Below are positions 45,501 to 58,885 of a stretch of DNA of 64,000 nucleotides, piece after piece (the first letter of the stretch is position 1; each line of letters starts with the position of its first letter). Location: the NCBI GenBank assembly GCA_964057225.1, contig OZ059899.1:13206001-13270000 (forward strand), written 5' to 3'. The position numbers and the translations under genes were made by a program. Source of the DNA: Auanema rhodensis (lineage: Eukaryota; Animalia; Nematoda). The notes beneath the pieces were generated by a model. That model was not told the origin of the DNA. It did not search any database and saw only the letters and a program-made list of their open reading frames with translations.

Positions 45501-46236
45501 TTGAGACTGTTGTTGCAGACTCAGGAGAACTTGAAACTCTATTCCATACATAAAACCAAAAATCTAAAATATTCATAACTAAATACTTCAAACACAATTT
45601 AGAGTTACCTGTTAAACCATCTGAATTAAGACTAGAAAAATCTGAGGTAGTTGAAAACTTGCAGAGAATATCTATCACATATCCTTCGAGATTAGAATTT
45701 TTAACATGGTCATGTTCCAAAAGTTTTGTGGCCATATTCAGCAATGGTATTTCATGCTCTTCGATTAAACCAGCTCGTTCGACTAAAAAAAAGTATTCTA
45801 AGAGTTAAAACAAAAGAAAACCTTCGCAGATATCTTTGAGAAAACTCATAAAGATTTCGAAAACATTCAATTTTGGAGTTCCCCTTTTTAAAGCTTTAGC
45901 ATCATCGCAGTCCTGAAAAAAGTCTAATAAAACTGATTAAAATAGAAAATACCTTTATACTCAGTTTGCACAGAAAAAGAGAAATGTCTAATATGGAAAA
46001 CTCAGGGCAAACACCGCCAAATATATATGCTTTGTACTGAATATATAGTTCAGATAATGTGTTTCCATGCTCCTAAACGATAATTGCGAATACCCATATG
46101 AAAACTAATGCTCATTTACCTCTTTTTCTCTTGCCCGCAACTTCTCTTTGCACATCAAATTCAAAATTTTCACAAACTTCGTTATTCCTGTCCTAACAGC
46201 ATCTATATCTACATTTTCTAATTGGCTAAGTGACAT
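36576..46236 (-). CDS. atm-1: ATM serine/threonine kinase (PIKK family), full length; many short introns
   Basis: Kinase motifs GLSAPKIL, KGEDVRQDSLVEHLF, LRTYKVIPL...CGIIEF, YVIGLGDRHASNVL, VHIDLGMILEFG, PERVPFRMTRDI; YPYHVLHTVLA upstream of the kinase; FATC EATNMDNLSKLFAGWLSFV*; N-terminal exon MSLSQLENVD...KEKLRAREKE. Internal exons were only spot-checked. Confidence 0.9.
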
Positions 46237-47221
46237 ATTTTAATTCACAGATTATGAGCATTGAAATTCCAAAACTGAAATATTCATTATTTCAAATTGT
46301 TCCAGGGAATTGAACTGAAAGCAATTCAAAATTTATTAAAGTTCAAATTTACAGTTTAAATTATAGTACGTGAGGAGAAATTAAAAAAACAGGTACAGTA
46401 ATACAGTTTCACGTTGTCTTTTACATTGCCCATTATAAAAATGAAAATGTTTATTGATATATACAAATTTACTTAATTTTACGTTTAAAACAAAATATTA
46501 AATTAGTAACAGTTTAACACAATAACACAGCCGCTTCTTACGCTACCATTCAAATAATAAAATTTGATTTCGCCACGCAAAAACCGTGAATTGTAATATG
46601 CAAATTAGTCATTTGTTGGTAGGTTTACCAAAATATGATAAGCTTGCGGCATGATAACTTGATTTTAATGATTAAAATCAAATAAAACGTCTACACTGTT
46701 CTTTTGTATGCAATTCCTAATAATTATTTGAACCAAAAAATAAATTTATGAAATTGTCTTTCGATTCTAAATAAAAAAATTACATAGTTTTGTTATTTCT
46801 TTACTCTTTTCTATTTTCAAAGTTTACTGATTTCATTTCCAGAATGTTTCAATCTCGTGGCCCGATCTCAGTTTATAGTAAAAATGAATGTAAAGCAAGT
46901 TCATAAACAAGGCCACAACAGATGTCACGCTGCAAATAAACAAATAGATTTAAACGGTCTATCTTGTATTTTAATCTCTAGAGCACAACCTAACATACGT
47001 AGTTTCTATAAACAAATTACTTAACCGTTTAAGTACACAACTCGAAATTATTCAAAAAAGAAAATCCAAGTTCCCAAATATCATCATTCTTCCTTTACCG
47101 AGGAGCAACTCATTAGTTATGCTAGAAATACTTCTTAAAAAATAAATCCTTCGGTACGAATTAACTAAAATCTATGATAAAAGCTGCTTTGTTAAGAGGC
47201 GGTGTCAGGCCCACCCGGAAA

Positions 47222-47231
47222 GGGGCGGAGC
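47222..47231 (+). promoter_or_regulatory. Sp/KLF GC box upstream of eva-1, next to an ETS-like CCGGAA
   Basis: cccggaaaGGGGCGGAGC about 70 nt before ATG 47301. Confidence 0.5.
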
Positions 47232-47300
47232 TTTGCAAGAATGGCAGACGAATACGCGAGATATTCGAGGATAAGTGGAGAAAGTGCATTGGTGAGCTAT

Positions 47301-50300
47301 ATGGCATTCTATTATATTCTTTTTATCAATATCATATGTGTTTATTCAATATCAGCTAATCAGTTCCTGTATAATCATGACCGTCATACAGCCATTGAAG
47401 GTTTGTTTTTATGTTTTTTATTCAAATTTCTAATGTTTTATATAAGCATCTTAACTTTTTAATGTATATTTGGGACTTCTCCGATATATTCAACAGATAT
47501 GTTTATGAGTTTGAATACTTTTTTTGCCAAGTTTCTTCTGGCTAATCGTGCACCGATGACATAATATCTTATCCACTCAACTTTTCTCATCGAAATAGCC
47601 CTGGCCGTATGTCGGTGTAACAAAGCAAATGAGCAAAGAAGATTGCTTCAGGCTATTAACAGAGACCATGAGACTAATACGAACAGAAATAACACTAGGC
47701 TTTAAAGCAAAAAATATAATTTTGATGCCGTTTGTACTATCTCCTTCAGTTTAAGTGAAAGGAAGGAGGTGTTGAGAAAAACGGGAATTGTAAATGTTTG
47801 GTAAGTCCTTGGCTTAGTCTCTGTCTTTAACTACGCTGGTCCTCTGTTTTTCTACCAAAGTTAAACAACAAGGGGGAGAAGGTTTGTTCGTTCAAAACTG
47901 AGTTCACAAATATTATTTTTCTTGTTGCAACTTTAGTGTGAAGAAAATAGATCGTACTTATTTAACATGTCAGTTAAGATGATGTATATACATCTCGGAA
48001 AAGATCAAAGGTCTTCAAAATGTCTTTTTTTTTGAAACACGCTGGAAACACAATATGTCGTAGAAAATATTCGAAAAATAACATGTTGTATATCCTCCAC
48101 ACATACTTTGAAATTCAGTAAGACTCAAGCCTTTTTGACCAGCATCCGTTACACAAACCCCCGATTATTCATAGGTTATCATATTACAACCTAAAGCATA
48201 TTGGATAAGAAATTGGTTCTAACTGCTAATGAATATTTAATATTCGTTATGCTATTGTGAGGTAGAATCACAATTATTGCTTTATATCCAGCAGCATATA
48301 AGGAATATCAATATGTTAGCTTTTGTGTTATTTAATGAGAGCTACTTAAGCTCATTGACCTAGGTACCAGGTAGAATGATTGAGAGACAATTTCTCAATA
48401 TCCCAATGTTTTTCGAAAACAAGTCTCCTTGGTTTCATTAACAAGCAAAAACAAACTTTTTGTTTAATTATAATCATTTATATTCCTACAGAAGTTGGGG
48501 ATGATTCTCTTATGCTATTAGCTTCAACTCGTCTACGTTTCCAAATTGGTAGGTTGCCATGACGAAAAGGGTACGGCTTGTAGGGCAAATAGAATTAACC
48601 TTAAATGCGGTTAATATGTCGCTATTGAGAGAGAAGCTTTGGATGTATTCAAGCCATGTAGCACGTTTTCCGTTGTTCTGTAGAATATTGAAGTAGAAGA
48701 AACATTTTATTCTTGGAATATGCGGAAAATTACTTTCTCGTGAACATTGCTTTCCTGCTTTATGAAATTATAGGTTGAGCTAATAGCGAATTACATATTC
48801 GCTACAGAGTTTCTGATTAAATAGATAGCTTTGTCATAATTTTGCATGTTACCTGAATATGCTTATAATACGAATAAGATTACTAGCCAATATAATATCT
48901 GTTATATGGATCAGATGATATACTGGAATTCTAAGAGAGCCCGGAAATTGTGTTAGCATGACGCTTTTGTTAATTATATAGTATAGTAATGACTTTATTC
49001 GTATTTGTTTCCAAAAAAAATTATATAAGTGATATTTTATATAAATATTTCTAATTTACAACCGCTCTTCGCTTCTTGTTTAGTAAAAATAAAAATGAAA
49101 ATTGCAAGTTTCACACATGATATGATGCTTCGCATGTTTCAATGCAGAAAGCTTAATGCAGATATATCCCTTGTGCTTCAATAGAAGTTCTTTTTGCGTT
49201 AAGCATATAATTCTTCAAAGTTTCAGCTCTCATTAATGAATCGCTGAGATCTCATCAAGTTACAGCATGTGATGGTGAGAAAGTTACATTGCATTGCCCT
49301 CGGAATACACATATTATGGTAGAAGCAGGGTAAACTATTAGATTACAGCTTTGAAGTCAATAACAAGCTTATACAGATTTTATGGACGAGTAGTACCAGA
49401 GTCACAACTTTGTCCAAGTCGCAAGCCTGATAGGAAATCAATTGGATACGATTCGAGCTGTGATGTTATTCAAGCACAATCTGTAAGTTTTTTCCTCAAA
49501 TTTCGTAATATACATAGTGCTTCTGATGTACTGGTTGGAATTCACAGCTGAGATAAGGTTCTAGTAGTTCAAACATTCATTTATGTGGGAATTAACGAAT
49601 ACTTTCCGAAATAATTAATATCTATTAAACTAAGTCAACGATTAATCCTTTTAGGTTTATTCGTGTAGCTTTATCTGAAGTAATAAGTTGTTATTATGAG
49701 TGACGTCGCTCTCAGAGCAGATTGACAAGATCTTTTGCCCCCAGAGCGATAAAACAGAATAGATTTAAACGGGAAAGAACACGGCTGGTGATAGTTGGAT
49801 GAGAAAGACGATGAGTTATGTTGTAAGAGAAGACGAAATATTTCAAATGTCTGTGGTTGTTTGCTAGATAAAAGTTCAATATTTCGGGAAAAAAACCTTG
49901 AAAACATGATCGGAAAGAAAATGTTAAGTCTTCACGTTGTATGTCATCGTTGACACTTACAAGACTATTAAGAGCGGAAAACCTCAAACAGAATATATGA
50001 TTTTGAGACTGATGTCAATCGTTCTAGCATCTTACAGTTTTAAGCAATCTCAGAGGTTGTGCAAGACTCTCATAATTGCTCTCTATCAGGCAATGTCTTT
50101 CAAAGAGAAATAGATGATCTGTCGGCTAAAAAGGACATAATACATCTATCCTTAGCTGTAACAAATTAAAATAAATCATTAGAAAGGATATGAGTTGATT
50201 GGCAATTGAACATCTTTTATGTTTCAGAGACTTTCCGAAATCTGCGACAAGAAACGAAAATGTAACATCTACGTTGATACGGCTACCTTTGAAGATGATC

Positions 50301-52509
50301 CATGTCCATCCACATCGAAATATTTACAGATGAGCTATAAATGCAAGCCAAGTAAGCCATTCGTTCCCTTGCTTTACAACATAAGTATTTAACTTTTTTT
50401 GTTTCAGTTTCTTATGATAATGAATCGTTTTGTTCGAATACAGAAATGCATCTCGAATGCCGAGAAGGTCGACGACTTGCTATTTATTCAGCTACATATG
50501 GGCGACAAGCCAATTCAGACAATAGTCATTGTTCATCTAAATCAGCTCGCGTTCCACAGAAAGGTTTGTCATCTTTTTATATGAAATGTTTTGTTCTTTG
50601 TAAACTTATACAGAGATATGTACATATATATTCATTGAAAATATTTCAACAAAAACTGAATACAAATATTATTATATATTGTGTGTGAAGTGCGAATTTT
50701 TCTCGCAACATATCATGAATTTCATGAATTTCCTAAATAATTTATTTATGATACTTAATAAGATTTTATGATAGTACAAGCTTAAATAATGAGATAATGA
50801 TTAGTTGCGAGAACTTCGTTCGTATGCTGTCAGGCGTAACCAAAGAAGAAGGATTGAATGCTTTTAATGGATTTGGTTCTAATTGTATCCAATCGCCTTA
50901 TATATACAGCCAATAGCTTAAGTCGTCTAGGGCACTTCGAATCTATGAGAGATAGTCTATGAGGGAGCCGTTCTGTGTTTCAAGCTCCACAAACAATTCT
51001 TGATCAACCGTGGTCTTATATGGATTTTTTGGCACAGCACAGCAAGTCTTACATGACTTCTTGCCTAATGATATCCGGCCGATTGGGCAGTGTTCCGTTT
51101 TCATGACTTATCCTCTTGATATAGCTGAAACATCTTCTAAAACAAAAGACTTGAGATGAAAAATAGAAACTATCTATATAAGGAATTTTTCCCTAACTTT
51201 TTTTAGTTTCATTTGAAAGGGAAAGGGGGGGGGGGGTTGGTATTCTAATTGAATCTTAAGCATTGGCTTAGGACACATTTTCATTGTCAAGTAATGCATA
51301 TTAAACGAACTATAATTGAAATGACTGGCAGTTAACCATCAGAAATTGATAAATTCTTATGTTTTCAAGAAATGTGAAAGTTTTTTTTGCAGAATGTTTA
51401 CGAGATGTTTTACCGGCTGTAATTGGATCTTGCCATGCTCAACAAAGTTGTACACTGCATGTGTCTGACCATCAGTTTGATAATCCATGTCCTAAGGATG
51501 TAGATGCTCAGCTGAATATATTATTTATGTGTTGTGAGTTAGCAAAACAATCTTTACAGAGTAATTCTCATTTAAAATAATTTAAGTGAACGAAGAAATC
51601 TTCAGCGAAGACGCTATAAATGGTGAACTTCAATCTTTGGCTGAATACAAAAAGGTGCGATTTGCATGCTTGTCATCTTAAGCTTTTTTTTCTGTTTTTC
51701 AGTACTTTGCCGAGGGTTCTGGGAACTTCGAATTCGATAGAGAACCAGACGAGGAAAAGGAAGATATCGAAGAGTGGGACAAGCCAAAAGAAGAATCAGA
51801 CGAGATAATGGTGTGAACAAAGTTTGTAAATTAGTTGAAACCCCTCCAACTTTAGAAAGAAGATATTCATCCCACTAATGAAGACATCCTGGAAGAACAT
51901 ATTGACAAAATAGTAGAGAAGAAAGTCTATGAAATGAATAACGATGGTAAGCATATTCTGATCATTACCAACATGTATTTTATTTTTTTAGCTACATATG
52001 ACGCTGAAAAACAAAAAAGCCAAGCTACCCAAGCCCTTCCAGAAAAGAACAATGATGCTGTGAATCCAAATATTGTTGGAATAGTGCATGATCTCCTATT
52101 AGTTGGTGAATTCATAAAAGGTTTATTGAAAACTATACTAAATCCGAAACAACTAAATGCTATGTTCAGAGAACAAGGAAAAAGTCATGATCTGCTTTGC
52201 TTTAGCTGTAATATCTGCTTTAATTCTGATTGTCCTCGCTTGCATTATACAGAAATGTTCATCAGGAAATCGCAAACACGCACAACGTCGACCTAAACGA
52301 GTCAGATATTCTATAGAACGAAGTCAGCTTTTGGATAAAGGAAATCCCTGTAGGATTTTAATGAGTAACACTACTGTACTACAGAAATCTTTTCAGATTC
52401 AATGTTAGGAGGTCCATTATCTCTACCAGAAATGGGAGATCCTGATAATGAAACATTCTTCCGATATTCTATATCAACACCGCCTCGATCAAGTCATTAT
52501 GACCTTTGA
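47301..52509 (+). CDS. eva-1: EVA-1 Slit/MADD-4 co-receptor: two SUEL lectin domains plus a TM helix; multi-exon
   Basis: Signal peptide MAFYYILFINIICVYSISA; ACDGEKVTLHCPRNTHI...GFYGRVVP, DDPCPSTSKYLQMSYKCKP; second domain HLECREGRRLAIYSATYGR...FDNPCP; ENKEK followed by TM VMICFALAVISALILIVLACII; TGA 52507-52509. An in-frame upstream ATG exists at 47241. Confidence 0.92.
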
Positions 52510-52735
52510 ATCGTTACGTTGGAACATTCTCTGGTTCCAGCAATTCGTATGTCATAAGATTTCAAATATAATATTGAATTCTCCTCTGTGATCTGATATC
52601 ATGCTAAACGAGTACTGTTATTTTTCTTCAACTTTTCTGCAATATGCTTGCTAATATATCACTTTAACTTTTCTAAACAACTCTTTCATGTGCATATTAA
52701 AAACTTTTATCTTTGATATTGTTGAACAAAATATA

Positions 52736-55237
52736 TTAATAAAGAATTTTTACGTTCTTCATAACATTGGTCTTCGTACCAATCACACGGAGATTCAAAT
52801 GATGCACATCGCCACCCTCTTTACCCTACAAATTCAAAACTTATGCTCTGAGAGAATATTCGTCAGCTTACTTTATCCATCACATGAAGTTTCCAAGTTC
52901 CTTGCGGATTTTCTCCCCAAAAATGTGTAGCAACAAATGGCCAATTCAAAATGCCAAATTCTGAATCATCGTATAGACGTTGCCGAAGAAGACGAATTTT
53001 AGTTCCTGTAATTACCAGCATACATTCAAAACCAGAAAATATGAATATAGTACCTGATGGTGATTCCAAATCAATAACAATGTCTCCTCTGCGAGGATGT
53101 TTAATTGAAATCGAAAGTTCTATTTTCTCAATGAAGTTAATTTCTGCCGAGGTGTTCACACAACCAGCAAACGGAATTTCAATAATAGCAGCAGAATCAT
53201 TAGTGAAAAACCTGTAACAATTCATTGAGGCAAACAATACTAACATATAAAATGTACTTGTTGCTAAGCTTCAGTTCTTTGCTACACATTGATTCCGGCT
53301 CTACAGTCTTCCACACCACAGCATTTTTGACCAACTTGTTAGCATCAAGTGATCCAAAACCAAATAGCCGAGACACATGTAATCCTTATATTGTATTGCT
53401 ATTGAAAAATTAAAGTCACATCAAGAAATACCTGCAGCATTTATCTGCCATAGATCAGGATTTTTGGCTACCATTTTCTCATAATTACTTGTATATACAA
53501 TCAAATATTGGATATCTCGTTGACTCAGATTAGGGCTTAAAGAGTTAGATTAGTCTTAATCTTACGATCATTTATACAAACTATTTCTTTTTATATTATT
53601 ATTAAGAATTATTAAAATTAAAGCCTAACAGAAACAAAATGAATTTCTTACTTAGCTTCAAGAACAAGTGCCAAAACGCTTGACGCGAGTGGAGCTGCAG
53701 CCGATGAACCAGTAAAATGGGTACAAGCTCCATTCACATCTGTTGTAGGCTAAAGCTCAAGAATTATATTAATACAATACTATCAAAACTATGATTTTAC
53801 TTACAAAGCCTTTACCAGATCCAGTAAACACCGATGCAATAATAGCTGGACATCCCTCTGCATACCATGTTGGATTTCCATCCTTATCTGAGATACCAAA
53901 TGTAAGCTAAATTAAGAGGTTGAAAAGAGTAATATCGAATTCAACCTAACAGTATGAATATTGCTGGCATATCCATCCATAGAACAATCATCATATTCTA
54001 AGCCTCCGTTTCCCGAAGCCCATACATAGATGGAACCTCGTCCAGCTCTTCCCTAATTTAGTAAAATTTATAATAATATCTTATATGACTAAATACCATT
54101 TTACTTCCTTTAGCTAATGCCATACGAGCCAAGCGATGAGGACCCTCCATTGAACGGCCATCATCCTTAGGTCCCCAACTAACAGAGTAAATATCTATCT
54201 GAAAAAACAATAGAAAAACATGAAATGAAAAATTAAGAATACATCTTCATATTTATGAAATAAGGCTTCTCCTTCCATTATGTCATTTATTGTTGATACT
54301 CCACCTAACATTTTCAGTCCTAATAAGCAAATTGTTTTCATAAAATATCAGAACAATCGTTCTTACCAGCTATCTGTGATCCGTAAGCTGCACCAGTACC
54401 ACATACTGATGAAGCTGACATTGCGATAATACCAGCACAATTTGTTCCATGACTAACATAATAATATGAAAATTCATTAGCTTTGAGCTTTATTGAGCAA
54501 CTTACTGATTATCATCATCATTTTCAGGCATAGCATCAATTTTATCATGAGTAAAGTCAAAAGATAAATCTGCCCTATATGAAGCTGAAAGTGCAGGATG
54601 AGAATAGTCTACTCCGTCATCCTGAACATAAATTAATTTTAATTTTCAAAATAATTCAATTTTACCAGAATAGCAACTACTATTCCTTTTCCTGTGTTTC
54701 CCTTGTGATGAAGCTTTTCTATGTTTTGCAATGTTTCAGATATGTTTACTGGTTTATCAGGTCCTGGAGATAATCTTTTATCTCGCACTAAAGGACGAAC
54801 ATGTTCCGACCATTTAATCTTAAAAAAATGCAAAGAAAAACATTATCTTATAATCATACTTTGCTTGGCAATTGATCAGATCTTGGATAGTTAACAGAGC
54901 GACGAGGCCTGTAAGCTTTTTTAGCAACGAAAACGTTGGGGAAAGAGTGAAGCTAAAACCATATGCGGTTTAATATTAAATGAAAATGGATGTATTAAAC
55001 TCTTTTTAAAATATGAAATCCATGCTCAGCTGCTAGAACATCAATAGGTTGATGGTCAGCGGGCTCTGCTTCAATTAAAAAAATGTCATCGGAATTGTAA
55101 TCAATAACAGTCGGAGCTTGTTCAAATTCAACTCCGTTAGCAATAAGAGAAATAATATTTGTTAAAATCCGTTCGTTCGTAGCAGTATTTATTGATGCGA
55201 CTTGTAGTGAAATAAGAAATATTAGAAATAACATCAC
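52736..55237 (-). CDS. aex-5: Kexin/subtilisin-like proprotein convertase, AEX-5-like; multi-exon
   Basis: Signal peptide; prodomain ending VRDKR; catalytic motifs AILDDG (D), HGTNCAG (H), WASGNGG (oxyanion N), FTGSSAAAP (S); [10 protein letters not shown]; P-domain HPRRGDI...SPSGT...[13 protein letters not shown]; no Cys-rich or TM tail. The family is certain; the aex-5 label rests on the short divergent form and is from memory. Confidence 0.85.
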
Positions 55238-55476
55238 ATATGAATAATCGTGTGTGTGGTTGACAAAGGAAAAATTGATAAAATCATTTCTTTCAATGGA
55301 GGTTTATGAGATAAGCAGCAAGAAGACTATGTCATTATTATCTTTTTTATGGAAATGGCTGGTAGTTAAAAGGTTCATCATATGAGTTTTAGGCATGAGG
55401 AAAGGTCTCTAAGCTACATGCTTCATCAAAATTACATCATAATAACCGATCTACGAGTTAATCAAGATGTTATAGA

Positions 55477-58460
55477 TTATTTGGCTAACCACTGTAAATG
55501 TGCAGGAACTGTTAACAAATAGCCATGGTCATAAACGTAGATACGCTTGTCGTATGGGTTGTATGATACCATGTTTGCATTCCTTGAATTATACTTCTAA
55601 TGAATCATCAAAAAGTTCATTATTACCTATAGAGATTGATCCATTTAATGTTAGGTTTTGAGTACAATTGTCTATAAAAATCGTACGAAGTTGATACATA
55701 TGTTGATTGTTCATGACCACTATCAATCTGTAACAAAGATTTCCAGTAGAAATTCATGAAAATGAATTAAATTGAACTTTGATTCGAAGTGAAGACATCT
55801 GTACAGAACAGGAAAAAAAACTTACAGTGTATAGTACTCCACATATTACAATTCCATTAGAGATTTGAGAATGATTTATGAGTGTAAGGTTGAATGTCTC
55901 ATAAATTGTCAAATTATTTATATCAACCTTAATTAGTAAATATATATATAGTAAAACTGGATTCAGAATAACAAATGTTTACCTTAGAAACGCTTAAAAA
56001 TTTTTCTTTTTCATAATGGAACATCACCCATAGAGCATTTTCATCAATTGCCAAATCAAAATAGTTGAGTGATCGATTGAAAAGATACTATAAGTTGTTA
56101 ACAATAATTTGAAAAAAACATGAATTCAAATTTTGCCAAGTATTTTCAATTATTTTTTCATTATTGTCTGTTACAGATTGCCGACCCCTTTCTTAACAAT
56201 GAATATGGCTATGTTTCATCTCATGAAATTCATGTATACGTGATTTACCCTTTCACGTGTTCGCGTGCACTTAATTTGCACTTTTTAAATTTCAATTTAT
56301 TATGATTCAGAAGAAATGTGTCTACCCCCCGAAAGTGTATAGCAAATTCATTTGATAAAGAAAATCCCTTACGATAATATTAGAATAAACACATGTGCAT
56401 CTTGTTCATGGACGTCATCTCTTCTCCCATACATATCATCATCTGCCTACTATGCAAATCCCGTTCAATGAACTGCATATACAGGCAGTAATCAATCATT
56501 CCGCGCTCGCAGAGTGAAATGACATCAATGATATCAGATTTCGGATCCTTATTATCTGTATCTTTCTTCATACGAAGTAGTTATTGCATTCGTCAAGCTG
56601 TCCGCCCCTCCTCGCCTCATCGTTCATCAACATCAGTATTAGTACTAGCTATAGTAAAAAAGGTGATATTAGTGAGAACTAGATTAGATGCAATGGCTAA
56701 GCCCCCCCACTAGTACAACTTCATGATTATACAGGAATAAACCCCTTTACGACCATTCAATGCAGGCATTCACAAACTACTAGATGTTTGTGTTGTGCTT
56801 ATGTTTTTCCCTTTTGTCTTTATACTTATTGTCGCGGACTCTCTTGAAAAGAAGCAGTTCTTTCACATTGCTGCGAGGATACACACTGTTTACATAAGAG
56901 ATGATTGGGCATCATTATGATTTGAAGCGAACTTACGTTCTCTCCTTTATATGCTGCTCCCTCTATGTCTATTTCATCGTATCGTTCTGAATAGAACTCG
57001 AATTTCGCAATTTTTGGGAATCCTGCCCTGTGATAGAAGATTGAACCATTAAAAACTAAATGATTTGTCCCGTCGAAGACATATGGCAGACGATGTCTAA
57101 ACAACAATCAAAATATTGACATAAGTAGAGAATCTCAGATTGCTGATAACATACGTCCTCCAGACGTGTTCACGCCTTAGATCTGCTTCAGTTCTGAACT
57201 CTAAAACTTCATTTCCTTCAAAATGGTTCATCAGATAACGCTTGTGAGTATCCTAAATATATATTGATGAGCGTTCGTTCAATATAAAAAAATCATTTTA
57301 TAAACTCATCAGTTACTATTCTTACATCGCCTGTCCTCGGATAGGCATCCCGCATCCAACTTCCGAAATACGTAGTTGCATGAGAATGGAATATCGGTTT
57401 TCCAACTGACTGTAGTTTGCAATCTGCAATTTGATACCTCAACGTTTGGGAAAGCGACGAATATTCAGATTATAAATTCTGTCACTCACGAGCAGTAGCT
57501 CCTTGTATGTAAGCAACTTGAGTTGTTGCTTCTTCTTTGTGCTCTGGTTCGAATATATCGGTGAAGTTCGATATACAAACTTTCATACATGTTTCAACTT
57601 CAGAACTATTGGAAATCAACTATACAAAAAAATATAAAGATCTTTCTCAGTTTTGAGAACCTGTTGAATAATTTCAGGAATAGATTTATCAACCATTTTG
57701 GGACTTTCGATTTGGTCAACAACTGTCATCTTATCTGAACATTTCATCTCCTCAACCTGAAAAGCTTGAGATTAATCTGATTAGTCAGTTTTTTGACAAA
57801 TTAATAGACAAAAGGTAAACCTTAGGACATTGGAACGAACGATTAATTAAGAATTCGTCCTTCACTGGACATTGTGTGCAATCAGCATCTAAACCTGAGA
57901 TTCCCGGTGGACCTGTTAAACAATTAGTTTTTTTGCATTGAAAAATGAAGAAATACCTTGAGGACCAGGATGTCCGGGAACACCCATAAGACCTGGACGT
58001 CCCACAGGTCCCGGAGCACCCGTTTTTCTAAAAAAAAAAATCATATTACCAAGCTGCATGTACCAACCCTGTGCTTCCTTTTGGACCCGGAGGACCTGGA
58101 GAACCACGATCAGAGTTGCTTATATCAGTACAATATTTATGTATCTCAACACATTTCTCCATTAATTCTCCGACCTGTACATCAATATGTTTACTCAGTA
58201 AACCATATTTCAAACTTTAATCTTAGACAGCGACGTGAGCCATAAGTGACTACCGTTTGAGGACGTTTGATTCGCAGCTCTTTTCACTCTGTTATTAGGT
58301 TTCGAACAATCACATATGTCAGATACATCACTTATTCTGAAGACATGTCATAAATCAACTGAAGACATCAATCTCACCTTATATGGATATGAATAAAAGC
58401 TACAATAGTTAATATAGTAATTAAAAAATTAAAGAATATGGGAAGAGTGCAGAAGCCCAT
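55477..58460 (-). CDS. Colmedin (type II TM, short collagen G-X-Y, olfactomedin domain), closer to COF-2 than UNC-122 from memory; multi-exon
   Basis: N-terminal TM LPIFFNFLITILTIVAFIHI; RVKR; WLTSLSKI; about 15 G-X-Y triplets; olfactomedin motifs FGSWMRDA, FDGTNHLVFNGSIFYHR, FDLAIDENALWV, ICGVLY, MVSYNPYDKRIYVYDHG; TAA 55479-55477. Confidence 0.9.
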
Positions 58461-58885
58461 CCTGCCACTAATTCGAAATAGGATATCATTCTCTGTGAAA
58501 TTATAAACATATACGAATGCGTAAGTTTACTAATTTATAGAAACCGACAATGATTGAAAATCACAATGAGAAACCAACGTTGGAACAACCAAAGACATTA
58601 TTATATAATCGAACGTAATAGAAACAATTCAGATTAGAGCAAATACTAAACAAAATAATTTTAACATCGAAACCATAGAACATCTGAAACACTTCTTAAC
58701 GGGTAGTACTCCCTAGATCTCGTACAAAGCATTGAGTTGATAGTGCACAAAGAAATACTAATGTAGAATATTACTAACAATTTCTAGACGTGTTACACAC
58801 GATCTAAAACTAACAGGAAACACAGGTGCATGGCAAGAGCTTATAAACACCGGATGGAACAAGAATGTGCAAATGAGCAAATATA

